Shown one piece after another: positions 41,986 to 54,945 of a DNA stretch of 64,000 nucleotides. Made by a program: the position numbers and the translations under genes. The stretch covers positions 53,846,314 through 53,910,313 of the forward strand of contig NC_068999.1 of the NCBI RefSeq assembly GCF_001194135.2, written 5' to 3'. Source of the stretch: Octopus bimaculoides (Eukaryota). A model generated the notes under the pieces. That model made no database searches. It was not told the origin of the DNA and was given only the letters and a program-made list of their open reading frames with translations. Within the stretch, counting starts at the first letter, position 1, and every line of letters starts with the position of its first letter.

Positions 41986-44900
41986 ACAGACCAGGAGAAA
42001 GGGTGTTGAGATGTTAAAGTATGATGAAAGGAACAGGTTTGTTTTTATTTTGTCAACGGTTGCTAGGAGAGAAACTATCAGAGACAGTGTTAAGGAAGGG
42101 AACGATAGAAAAGGAAAGGGAAAGAATAATTATCAGGGGTTAATGTAAGTCAGAGAGTGACACATTATATATATATATATATATATATCAGTCTATTTCA
42201 TGTTGACTGCCATTTTTATGTCCTGCTAGTTTTCAGCTGTTCATTTATCATCTCAGTCATGCAGCTTAGGTGCAAGTGTGTGTGTGACAAAGAGAGAAAG
42301 GGGAAGATAACTGTGTTATTTGATTAATCAGAAACTTTGTTTTAACGTTTAAAAACATGTTGTTCTCTGCAGTATTCAGTTCTATATCTCGCCTCTGTTT
42401 TGATATGTCAAACCATTCTTGCCTGAGGAAAGCATTTATCCTATCTAACTATATGTTTAGTGCATTTAACTACCAATATTTACCCAACACACATTTATGT
42501 AATATATACATATAAACTTACACTAAAACATTGCATCCAGATGCATACCTTTATATGTATACATATACTTACATGTGTGTATGTATACACACACACACAC
42601 ATACATATATATAGGCACTGACATAGCAGTGTGATTAAGAAGTTTGTTTCTCAACCAAGTGATATACATTGTGTTCATTCTGATGGCAGATCACTTTGGG
42701 CAGGTGTCCTCTTTTGTAACCCTAGGGTGATCAATGTTGTATGAGGGAATTTGGTACACAGAAACTGAGGGAAATCCATTATGTATATTTGTTTTAACAT
42801 CTGTGAGTTTGTTCTGTGTGTGTGTGTGTGTGTGTGTGTCTGAACTACAGCTACAGACAGTGACCAGCTACTTGTGATTTCAGCCTTTGTGACTCTGCTA
42901 GAACTGGTGGTGTTTTGTGGACATTTCCTGTCAACAACTCGTCTGTTCGTTATGTTCTTTCAAATTCCTCTAAAATTAGAATTACTTTATTTGCAAAATA
43001 GATGAGTTAGCAACAAGAAGAGCATCCTGCCCTGAAACTCCTGCCTCAAACCCCTTCTCTTTCTAAGCTATACTAGCATGAAAAAGCAGACATTAGACAA
43101 ATAAATTAATAATATATATTATGTGATGATCTCTTTCAATGAGAACAAGATATATCTTCTACAATTCATAATTGGTTAAGATTATTTTTAAAAAAAGGGA
43201 GAAGTGATTGTTAGTGGCTTATGATTGACATATAGCATGTTGAGATCATCAGACCTACTTGGTTTTCATACCAGACTATTAGAATCACTAATAGGTCAAC
43301 CTTGCTTTTCATCCTTTCTGGGTTGATGTAATCAACTTCACCCCTCCCCGAAATTGCTAGCATTGTGCCAAAATATGAAATCAATATTACAGGATAAGAT
43401 TCCAAAAGATAGTCTAAAACATACTGGGCTGGTAAATGAATGCAAGTTTTAATCTCATTGGCGTTAACCATTATCTTTTTTCTTCCTAAACCCGATAAAA
43501 TATTAAGCAGTAATATACTAAAACAGATGCAGTCAATTAAATTTTCCCCACTCACTTTTTCTTTTTTCCAATTGACTTTGCTCCTGAGTTGGTAAGATGT
43601 GACCTTCTCAATCGCTTTTAAGTTAATTACAATTGATGAAGATAAAAAGTGGTTATGAGTTGATTTAATGATGTCAGTGATACATGTGGATATCCTGTGA
43701 TCAGTAACAGTGGCAGTAAAGAAACACATTTGTATAGATGTGTCCCAATGTTAAAATACTCAAAGATGACAAACAGTCATCTAACAGCTTTAGTGATATT
43801 ATTCACAGAAAACTTCAATAGCATTAGGCCTTCTCACACAGCACAGATAACTATTCTAACATGATAAGAGGTTTGGTATACACAGTTTACAGATTGGCTA
43901 ATACCATATAAAAATCCTGGTTTATTCTGTCTCAGTATCTGTCACAATCAATCAGTGTTCATTCTTATATGGAACTGATATTGTAATTAATAGGGAACAG
44001 AGAAAATCTACAATGTAGCAGCAATGATTTTCTTCTGGTGATTATCCCAAAGTTATCTCAAGCCTTTGTTGGGCTGTGTTATGGTCTCATTCTTAAATGC
44101 ATGAGCGACAGAATCCAGTTTCCAACAAGTAGGAGATTTTTTTTAGCAGACTGAGTAACCCCCAAATTAAGCCTCAGTGAATTTCAGAAGATTTTTTGTA
44201 TTTACCAAAGATTTTTTCTGCATTGCATGAATAACCTCCGATTTTTGACCAATGGTTTCAATTATGTGAAGAGGAAAATCTAACAGATATTAAACTGTTT
44301 TATCATCTTCCACTGAAATTGGAAAGTTGCTATCAAGAAGATCTATGAAGGTATACTACTTTATTATTATTATCTAAATAACTTTATGTATGTTTAACAG
44401 CAACTTAATGTTTATCATCCATCATCATTTTCTATCTGCTTTCCATGGGTTAGAAGGAGCATTGTGATCTAAGTCGTTTCTTATTACAAGCTGCTGCTCT
44501 CATAGACTTGGGTTTGTATATATTATTTGGCTTGGTTTCTATAGTTTGATGTCCTTCCTATCACCAACCAATTTACAGAGTGTACTCGATGCAATTTTGT
44601 GGCCAACAGCACCAAAAAGATTATCTCTCTCTCTCACCATTCGCTATACAAGGGTGTGCTGCAGGAGAGGGACTCCATCATTTATATTACTTTATACTTA
44701 TTTCTTTACATTTATTTTATAACTGTCAAATTTTGATTTAGCTGTGTATGCATGTGTGCACACACATGAGTGTGTGTGTGGTGTTGGAAAGGATGTCTTA
44801 TATGGATAGATTTTTGTTTTTTTATCATTGATGTATGCAATTGTTCATTATGAAGACTGATCTCATCTAATCAATTATTGAGTGTATCTGTCAAACCCCG

Positions 44901-44989
44901 AGAGACCTTTTGACACTGTTTTGGTTAAATAATGGAGTATGAATTCAATGTTTTGATGCCTAAAACCTACATTCAATTATCACATTGTT

Positions 44990-45120
44990 ATAATGACAGC
45001 TATCATAATAATAAGTATCACAGTAATAGGTGTTAAAGTAATGCATGTCACATAAACAAGTGTTATAGTAACAGATCGCATTAACAGGTATCATAGTAAC
45101 AGATGTCATGGTAACATGCT
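44990..45120 (+). repeat. Degenerate about 15-nt minisatellite (gtatcatagtaacag)
   Basis: Recurrent tcatagtaacag / tcatggtaaca variants. Confidence 0.5.
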
Positions 45121-46489
45121 GCAGTGAAGGTACATGGTTAATGTATTGGCTCATGCTTATAAGCTAATGAGTTTGATACCTGGACCACACAATATGTTAT
45201 GTCCTTATGCAAGGTGCTTCATTTCATGTTGCTCCTGTCTACTCCAGTGAAACAAGCACCAGTCAAGTGCTGGAGTCACTGCCTTTTTTTCTGTCTCTTC
45301 CACCAACACTCACATCCTCGAATGTTCGATTGACTCAATGGTGAGAGAGTCAGAAGTATTCCAACCATGACCATCTTGTATTTTTCCTGTGTGCAGAGAA
45401 CCCAATACCAGATTATCCAACATGACTCTATGAAGGAAATTTGGTTATTTCTAGCAGACTGAATAACCTCAAAGAGGTTTCCTTGTTGGCTTAAAGAAGG
45501 TTGTGTTGAGACTGCTGGTTGAAGGGCAGAAGTATTACAGATCTGAATATTTTTTTACTCTTAATACCAACCATCTCACTTTAATTCCCTTCCCTTCTTT
45601 TAAGATAATGTATATTTATAGACTTCTCTCATTTTTTAACTCTGGTTCTTGTTTAATAATGTGTATTTATAGAACCCCTAGCCACCCCTCCTCTGACACG
45701 AAGACATCTAACTGCTTATTGCTTAACAACAGTTCACAAAACACCCTCACCAAAACAACAGCTGCCAGCATTTCTCTGTCTCACCCTTGTCTCACTTGCA
45801 TTCTCTTCTTCACATCACATTACCTCCATCCTCCTCTACACATTATACACAATCATACTATGTCTCCAACCTTGTTGTCATAGAAATACAGTTTAGAAAG
45901 CAACTTCTTCCATTGAGTTCAAATCCCACCAAAGTCTAGTTTACTTTCTGTTCCTCCAAAGTCAATAAATTAAGGACTAATCAACTACTGCTGTTAATCT
46001 AATCCACCACATCTTTCCCTTGTAGCAAAATTTGAAATTATTTGGATGATGTGATTAAATCTGTAGCCTCCCACCACAGAAAAATAAAAGATGGGGTGGG
46101 GCTTTTTAATTATATCTTATTTTTCTTGTTGGCATGGGTTAGACAAGTCATCATGGGCCATGTTACCGTGCACATACAGCAACAGAAAACTGGTCAACAG
46201 TTGTTTATGCCCTGCAGTGCAGAATCAATGCATTTTATCATGCTACTGACAACAGAGAGATTGCTCCATGTGGGGAGAACTAAAGGTTCCTCTCAAACCT
46301 GTGTGAGTTTTTATTTGGTGTTTCTTCCCTCCTAGATAGCTGGCAATGTAGCTTTCCCAATCCACATGCCAGTCATACATTACATTTTTGGCATGTTGTT
46401 TACAGTTAGATGCCCTTCCTTTTTTATGTTAGAAATCATTATTATTATTATTATTATTATCATCATCATCATTGTTGCTGATAATTATT

Positions 46490-47350
46490 ATGGTGATGCG
46501 TCAGCAGAATTTCAAGTGTGTCAGAAAAATGTTGTGCAATATTTTTTCTAGCTCTCTATGTCCTGAGTTTACAGCTTGCCATGAAAAACTCAACCTTTTA
46601 TTCCTCTGAGGTTGATAAAGTATTGAGGCCAATGCAATCAGCTATTCCTTCCCCAAAAATTTCAGGCCTTGTGCCTGTGTTAGAAATAATTATTATTAGT
46701 AGTAGTATTATGGTATTGTGTGCGTGTGCATAATCAGTGGAGCACTGGACAAAATGTCCAGTTGAACGTAATTATACCCCTTTATGTTCCAAGTTCCAAT
46801 TTGACTGGATGCTGCTTAGCGTTTCATCCTTCTGGGCTGAACAAAAATAAATACTAATCTAGCACTGAACCTCCCCAACCAAAAATATATTATTTTTCTT
46901 CCTGTATTAGAAATCATTGTTATTATAAAGTACCAGTTAAGTACTGGAGTTGATCTAATTGACTATAACCTTCCCCAAACTTTCTGCCCTTGTACTAATG
47001 TTACAAGCAATTATTGTTGCTTCTATTATGCTGGTGAACTGACAGACAAAACACTTTGCAGTATCCTTCCAGGATTGATAAAAGAAAGTACCAATGGGGT
47101 CTGGAAGAGTAGGTCAATATCATCAACTGCACCCCATTCCAAGCAAAAAATTCCTGGCCTTGTATCTATGTAAGAAAGGATCATTATTATTGTTGTTGTT
47201 GCTGCTGCTGTTGCTCACTGGGGTTACCTGTTGATTTTATCTTTCCTTGGTCAATGAAGTAAACACTTGGTATATACTAGGGTTGATTCAATTGACTAGT
47301 ACTCCCTAAAATTGAAGTTTTGTGCCAAAGTTAAATTATTATTGTTATTA
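46490..47350 (+). mobile_element. Head-to-tail array of decayed family A SINEs (about 5)
   Basis: Repeated ...aaagtaccag...aaaatttcaggccttgtgc...tagaaa(tat)n units. Confidence 0.7.
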
Positions 47351-48109
47351 TTTGAAGTCTATCACAGTGGTGCCTTTTCTAAATATGAAGCATGTAGTTG
47401 TATTGTTGTTAATGTTTAGCCTCTGGTCAACCCTGATTGAGCACACTTATAATTACCATGGCTTTCCAGCCATGACCACACTGTCTTTTTAGGGGTATCT
47501 ATGATTACAATGTCCAATATGTCCTTCCTTTTTTAAGAGATGTGATTTGGCTGCTGTTTCTAGCAGTTTGAGTGACTTGGTAGGGGCTTTGTAATTGGTT
47601 CAAAACATCAAATAATTCTTGTTACTGTTGTACTTGATTTACATTTGATTTAAAAGAATATAACACTTTGATTGAGATACAGTTCCCATCTTGGTTCAGC
47701 CATGTTCTCTGGCTTAACAGGCACTTAGGGGTTCTGACATTTGGTTGTTCCCACCCTAACTGTTGCACCAAATTTTCTCTCTCTCTCTGACTCCTTGTAT
47801 AAGTAATTAGATCATCTTCACTTATTGACATACGTATCATTATTGTTAAGAAAAAATAACTTTACATATGCTGCCCCAGAGCTCTCAACAAATAGTTCGT
47901 CTACCACCAAATCTAAAGTTGAAAATCTCTTCAATTTATTTCACAACTTTATGCTCAGGAGATCTGTTTTCCCAGTAAGAACTTCTTTCCCTTTAGCGTT
48001 AATGTCTTGCAAGATTGAATTGGATTCGGTTCTTGTTAGCAAAAAAAAAAGGGAATTGGATATGAATGACACATCTTTCAGATTAGTATTCCATCCTTCC
48101 ATCTTCTCT

Positions 48110-48430
48110 GCCCACTATTATGGGGTAGAATCCTCAGACATTTCTTCCATAGGGTCCTATCAGAAGCAACCATCATTAGATTTTCTGGCTGGATTCCCCA
48201 GCACAACCAACTGAGGCAATGGATATTATCCAACCTTCTCATTCTTGGTCTACCTCTAGGCTTCCTGCTGATTAGCTTGGCTTAAAGAATCCTCTCTTTT
48301 CAAGGTTGCTAAAACCAAGTCATTTCTCTTACAAGGAGACTTCACTGCAAATGGAGAGGCCTTCACTAGACTTCTGTGCTTGATATGGACTCTCTCTCCA
48401 TTATGAACATATTCTTCCAGCACAGGGATA
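48110..48430 (-). mobile_element. RTE (Rex3/Expander-like) LINE C-terminal relic
   Basis: Minus strand KPRGRPRMRRLDNIHCLSWLCWGIQPENLMMVASDRTLWKKCLRILP resembles the RPRGRPRTRWRDYISRLAWERLGIPPEEL...VWASLLRLLP end. Confidence 0.7.
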
Positions 48431-48439
48431 TATTCATAA

Positions 48440-48970
48440 GTATGTCTGGTATAGGGATACTTTGGGACAGAGTTCACTGGTAGATTTTGTCATTGTCTCT
48501 GGCCTCTTTGATTCTGTGCTAGATGTTCATGTAAAGAGAGGAGTAGAGCTAACAACTCATCACCACCTGATAGTCTGCAGCCTGAGACTATCTACAGTCG
48601 GGAGAATTCACAAAACTGGTCAAGTCCAGTGCAACCTACAGGAATGATGGGATCAGAAACAAATATTCAGTCACTATTACATCCAAATTCAGAGACCTTC
48701 CTGAACAAACTGAAGATGTTGAAACAGTGGAGATTGTTTTGTTTGGTAGTTTCTTCTGTGACTGTAAAATGCTGTAGATGACAGCAGCTTGGTGTGGTGC
48801 CAAGTGGCAAAGGAACCCCTTGGTGTAACCTGGAAGGTAAAAATGCCATCTGAGCAGAGAAGGAGGCCTGGAAACAAGTCCCCCCCCTTTTGCACAAATG
48901 GTACACTGAGGCGAGAAAAGTTGCAGAGATAATAAATAACATCCAAAGCTAAGTCATAGGAGGACCCTAA
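48440..48970 (+). mobile_element. RTE (Rex3/Expander-like) endonuclease/linker relic
   Basis: WYRDTLGQSSLVDFVIVS..VLDVHVKRGVELTTHHHLIV resembles the APE endonuclease end (DTLG..SMIDF...KRGAELSTDHHLV). Confidence 0.75.
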
Positions 48971-50292
48971 GGGTCAAGCTGGGCTATCACCTTAGATTGA
49001 CCAATAAAGTATTCTGACAGACCATTAACTGACTTCGTAACGAAAGACCCTCTTCCACACCTGCCATTAAGAACTCGGCTGGGGTTCTCTCTTCATAGAG
49101 AAGAACATCCTTAAGAAGTGGATTGAATTCTTTACTGATCTCTTAAAGTTGGTCGTGATAAAATCTGGTAAACACAAGGTGCATCTTGGGGCTGAAGATG
49201 AGCATTGGTTCCTTCAAATGTGCACATGGTATTTAGATTAAGCAAATTGGTCCTTCTTTCAGAAAGGATTGGACAATTTATAGACACATCCTTTACTTCC
49301 CATAATAACTTCAAGAATAGGTGACGAGACATATTTGTTTGTTGCTCTTGATTCCGTCACCGAAATCAACATCACTAGTTCATTTACTTCCTTAGGTCTG
49401 TTGAAATCGATAGCTGTTTTGAGTATTTCCTTAAAAATCTTTCTATAATTTTTTCATCATTTAAAGCAGTCATAGATAAACTGTGGCCTGCATGCGGGAC
49501 TTTCTGAATGGTGTGCCAACAAAAGGCTATGTTGAATTTTTTTAGCAGTGTGATGACATACTGTGTGGCCTATTTCTTGAAAAAGATTGCCCAGGCCTAG
49601 TTGAAAGCATTCATTAGTTGAACTATTGTTCCACTTGTACTTCATATCCTATTCCTTTACAGAGGTAAACAAAGCTATTTGGGATGCAAAAATCAGTTAA
49701 TGGAATCTTATTTGGTATCTTTCCCAGTCTTAATTGCTTTGTAGTCTACTTTGTTGAGTAACTTAAGTAGCTCTGCGAGGTTGTGGTGTCTGGTTGTTCC
49801 TGCCCTAACTGTTGCTCAGTTTTACTCTTCGTTTTATTTAGCAAAAAAACTTTCTCTTTCTGACTCCTTATATAAACAGTTTTATGTCCTCTCCATTTGT
49901 TGACATGCTACCATTAGTATTTACTATTCACTTTACAATGTTTCTCTGTTTTTATTGTATAATAGCTGTGTGACAGGAGTGGCTGCCAAGTGACTATTGT
50001 ACATCTCTTTTCACACATGAATATGTCTGTGTGTCCATAGGTACTCAATACAGAGTGTAGATTCTGTGCTGGCATCTATACTTTGGGCCTGAAGTTATTT
50101 CTTTTTGGAACTGCTTCTTGAATGGTGCATGGACGTAACTGTGTGACCATATATGTTTACACTCTTTCTTCTACCAGACCATGTCTATGTGTGTGTATAC
50201 ACACACACACATAAATAAGCAAACTTTTATTTTGTTTTTAGAAGCGTTGAATGTGTATCAAATTATACAGACAAGAAGGTAATATTTTGAAA

Positions 50293-50394
50293 GCAGAAGG
50301 ATCAAGTATTATTACCCCTATAAGACAGAAAAAAGTTGTCAATAGTGACACCATTTTTCTGTTTTATAAGGGTAATAATATCCAATCCTTCTGC
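50293..50394. repeat. About 41-bp imperfect inverted repeat (hairpin)
   Basis: gcagaaggat..tattattaccc.tataa.acagaaaaa and its complement; the loop contains tgtca/tgaca. Confidence 0.8.
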
Positions 50395-50719
50395 TGTTTT
50401 CATGGCTAAACTGCATTCAAGATGTTACCATTTTGTCTGTATAACATATAATATATATCATCATCATCGTCCTCATTTGCATCCGCTCTCTATACTGCTA
50501 CAATAGACTGATGCTCATTGGTGTCATTTCACTTGGTTTCTACAGTTGGGTGATTTGCCTATCACCAACCACTTTACTGAGTGTAGTGGAGACAATTAGA
50601 AGAGAGGCTGATTATGTAAGGAGGGTTGGGGTGGTTGGGTCAAACAATGGAGCCATATAATGTAAATAGATTATTCGGGGTGGAATCAGTATGAAGTGAT
50701 TGGCAGCAGTCCATCACAG

Positions 50720-50870
50720 GGTTACTCATTTTTGCCAATTGAATGAACTGGACCAATGTGAAATAAAGTGTTTTGCTCAAGAATACAACACATCGCCCAG
50801 TCCAGGAATTGAAACCACAATCTTACAATCATGAGTCCCACACCCTGACCATTAAGCTATGTGCCTCCAC
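50720..50870 (-). mobile_element. tRNA-derived SINE, family C
   Basis: aatgtgaaataaagtgttttgctcaagaatacaac...ggaattgaaacc...gaccattaagctatgtgcc; homolog at 63790-63910. Confidence 0.65.
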
Positions 50871-52175
50871 AGGGAAGGAATAATGGCTGGTAGTAAACAA
50901 GAGTAAAGTTAGAGTGTATTATAAAGGGATGAGGGTGGTCCTATAGTCTTTTATGGGTTTAGTGAAGGGGTGGTAGAAAGGGAGAGAGCTATAAATGGGA
51001 GAGAAACTGGTTTTAAAATGAGTGGGGAGTAGGCAGTAGAGTGGAGAGAGGTTTCAAAGGATATGACGGAAGAAGAGAGGGCAACAAGATTTATGCTTAG
51101 CAGAGTACAAAGTGTCTCAGCCGTCAAACACTTCATCTCACATTAGGTTTGTTTTGTCATAAGTTATTTGATCTGCAGCACTGTATATCAGCAATCAGAA
51201 CAGTCCTTTGTCATCTCTTCAGTGTGCATGCATTTTAATAAATATCTCTGTGATGATGCTATCTACCTACATTCAGCTTGTAAGTCTGCTAAATGACCTA
51301 TATTAATATCATCAACTCACAGACTGATACACACACACATATCCCATGCTGATTTCAGTGTGTATAGTCAGCCACCTGTAATTCTCTGAACTAAATAACA
51401 AATGTTTCTTATATATATATAATGTGTGTGTGTCAAAGTAAGCAACAGGATAATACCGGACTGATCTGGTGCTTCAACTTAAGTACCTAATTCAACCGAA
51501 TCATTCATATATATAATGTACACGTGTATGTGTATAAGCACACACCTACCATTGCTGCCGCTGTTGCCATTATACCATACTTTTGTGTTTATTTTTCCAT
51601 GCTGGCATGGGTTGGACAGGTCATTATGGTCTGCTTCATCTTACATGCTCACATACAGAGCACTGCATAAAACCCACTACCTTTGATGTTATGTCTGTCT
51701 TAAGTGCATCTTTTCATGACCCTCCCCTCCCACCACCAGAGAGGTTGTCCCATGCAAAAAGAAATCAAGAGTCTCTCTGTACTCTGCATCAATTCTTATT
51801 TGTATGGGTAGCTTGCAATGTGGTTTGCAGAGTACATGCCTTTGCCTTGCCTACAATAGTATGGTTCATAATGTGGTAAGCAGAACCTCTCTGGCTAAGT
51901 TCATCTATCAGACATTTATACACCTTCATTAGAGTTTTAGATTGCTCCAGCTCCTGTTATCATTTGGTAAAGGGATAGATATAATTATAATTTTGTTAAA
52001 CAAGGTGCAGTTTTATTATAAATGCTTTCATTGTTATCTGTAATGTACATGTGCGTATACTTGTGCTAGCTTTAGGCATGCTGAGACACGACTATTCTTA
52101 TATATATATATATATATATTACGGAGATGTACTTGCATAGCAAGTGACCTGATCTGAGATTGTGTGCTGGAATGA

Positions 52176-52309
52176 AAACAATTGCAGCGTGGAAGAAGCC
52201 ATATAAAATAACACACAAAAGCCGTCAGATTCACTTCAAGTGAATCTGACGGCTTTTGTGTGTTATTTTAAATGGCTTATAAACACCTTCTTCCACGCTG
52301 CAATTGTTT
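52176..52309. repeat. Long near-perfect palindrome
   Basis: 40-bp inner stem with 1 mismatch around tca (52236-52238), plus an outer stem of about 20 bp beyond an 11-nt bulge. Confidence 0.9.
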
Positions 52310-53081
52310 ATATATATAGTTGGGGATGGTCATATTTTGCCAATTAAACACATGCACTATACATTTGGTCTTCATTTCAGCTTTATTATATCAGTTTCTT
52401 TGTCAAAGTTCTTTCATCACACATTTTGTGACCTCTTTAGCAACTGTCTATTCCATGTCTCCTCCTGTTTTGCTTATTCCATTTTTTTTTGTGGATATAT
52501 ATATATATATACACACACACACATTTTTACACCTTGCCTCATAGTTGTAATAGTTTTTGGCAGTTAACTTTATTAATGCCTCCTGCCTGCCCTGAGTATG
52601 TATAGCATGTGCCTAATTCAGACATTTACACACACAGCCATTTTAGACAAACTATAATTCCAGCTTGTGTTTTCATCCTTCTAATCACCCCACTTTTTTT
52701 TTTTTTTTTACTTTAAACCTTGTTTAAAAACATCCTAAAATGGTAATACATTGATTCCAGACATGTGGACAAAGGGGGAAAAAGTGAGAAAGAGAAGTGT
52801 GGTTTCTGTTTGGTCACATTTACTACCTGGTACTGTTGTGGTTTAACAGTCCATGCTGGAGCAGACTTGTTAAATATCTAGGTTTAAAGGGTTGTATGTA
52901 CCATGGTGTCTATGTCTGGTTTGACAATCACAGTTAATTAGGTAGATTATTAATTAAAGAATTAGGGATTCAAATCTTGTAATCTGTGCTGCAGTGTCTG
53001 TGGCCCCGTTCAGCTGGTTGTAAATAGGTTGGCAGAGAGTGGGTGCGGGTGCTCCTCACTATCACCAGCATATACATAGTG

Positions 53082-53113
<32 letters not shown>

Positions 53114-54642
53114 CTACACATTAACATACACAACACACATCTACTGATACACAGTGGGAGCACTAAAAATTGACGAGTACTTCTCTTTAGTTTGCTTCTC
53201 TGGTTTGGGCAGGGAGGTGGTAGGGGTGCAGTCTTCAGTGATTTGTCTATTATAAACTCACTACCACTATTACTCCCACCACTGAAAACTCCCCAGCCTT
53301 GTGCCATATGCCACATATGGAGCAATGTGTTAATTGTGCATATTGCCCCTGTTCACATGTAAAGCTTTGCTGGTGACCCAAATGGAGTTAGACAGTAACT
53401 CTACCCCAGGGAAAGTACATGTTGGTGTTTAAGTTTTATAGTTTAAGCTGCGGAATACAAGTGAATAAAGGGCAACTGACAGAGAAATGTTTACAAAGCT
53501 GGGCTACATACTTCCTAATGACAGTTCAAATCTTGTTAGGGTCGACTTTATCTTTTGCTCCTTGCAAACAAGATCAGGGGTTGAAGATATGTGACATAAA
53601 ACACTTATTTTATATATAAAATCATCCACCATGAGAGAGGTACCTTATGTCAAGTTTTATCTTTGTGTCATTAACAAAGATCTCACTATATAGGCAATGT
53701 TAGGCCCTTGGGGGGGGGGGGGTTAACTGAGTCATTACACCATCATCATCATATCCATTTCAGTCTTCACTCGGTGACTTGCTTCTCCTCATCCCCACGC
53801 CTTCCTATATATTATGGTTGATTTTTGTAGNNNNNNNNNNNNNNNNNNNNNNNNNNNNNNNNNNNNNNNNNNNNNNNNNNNNNNNNNNNNNNNNNNNNNN
53901 NNNNNNNNNNNNNNNNNNNNNNNNNNNNNNNNNNNNNNNNNNNNNNNNNNNNNNNNNNNNNNNNNNNNNNNNNNNNNNNNNNNNNNNNNNNNNNNNNNNN
54001 NNNNNNNNNNNNNNNNNNNNNNNNNNNNNNNNNNNNNNNNNNNNNNNNNNNNNNNNNNNNNNNNNNNNNNCTTCAGAGTCGATCTGAAACTCGTATCAGG
54101 ACTGTTTCATCTATTTGTAATATTATTATTATTATTATTATTATAATAAAAATTAGGATTATCAATTTATCTACCATACAAGGAAATCCAAATGTATTTG
54201 AACATGGAAATATTACATCTTCCAAGGGTTTATGATTAAAAAGAGAAAAGAAGAAAAAAAATCAGCATTAATTGTTAATAAATCTGTGTAGAAAAAAAAC
54301 AATTTGTTTGGCTTGGTTTGGTTTGATAGGTTTGCAACACCACACATCTTTGTCTTGTTTGTGAGGCCTAACAACCTCAGATCTATAGTCCATTTGTTCA
54401 TTTTTCCCCATTCTAGCATGGATTTGGATGGAGTATTATTTGAAGCAAGATTTTACATCTGGATTCTCTTCTAGAGGCCAACATTTATCTGTTTTTCAAA
54501 GGTCATCAAAAGCACAGAAAGATTGATCATCATAATGCTAGCAAAGAATCTCGACATTAACACCACTCAACTGTTGACAACGTGGAACATCAATATCCAT
54601 GTCTATTTGCATAAGCACACATACATATGTATATATATATAT

Positions 54643-54800
54643 AAAGGGGCGCTGAAAAGTTCTTGGCTTTAAGGGTGTCATGAAAGGCCTGGTTGGAGGC
54701 CCAACCTCCTAAGTTCTTTTACAGGGCTTAGAAAAACTGAAGAACCACTGCAATAAGTGTGAATCTGAGAGGGGAATGTGTAGAATGAAATCATAATAGG
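54643..54800 (+). mobile_element. Internally deleted mariner-like element
   Basis: TA-flanked start aggggcgctgaaaagttc resembles mariner TIRs, followed by a decayed GLEKL...KC..E.G transposase end. Confidence 0.5.
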
Positions 54801-54945
54801 GTTAAGTTCCAGATATGGTGTAAAATAAGTAAAAACCACAACCTATTTGTGTTCTTAGGGTTACCTAGGTAGCCTGATTAGCAGTGAAGGTGGGTATTCT
54901 TAAATGATACTAACCAGAGTATGAACAGGGTGGAAAAAATTGAAG

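Noticed and set aside
43211-43729. 172-aa minus-strand ORF
   Set aside because: Overlaps a SINE, has no recognisable domain and no splice or codon support.
49000-49920. RT-like fragments on the minus strand and similarity between 47730-47840 and 49780-49910
   Set aside because: Too decayed to assign; probably old LINE debris, with no convincing motif alignment.
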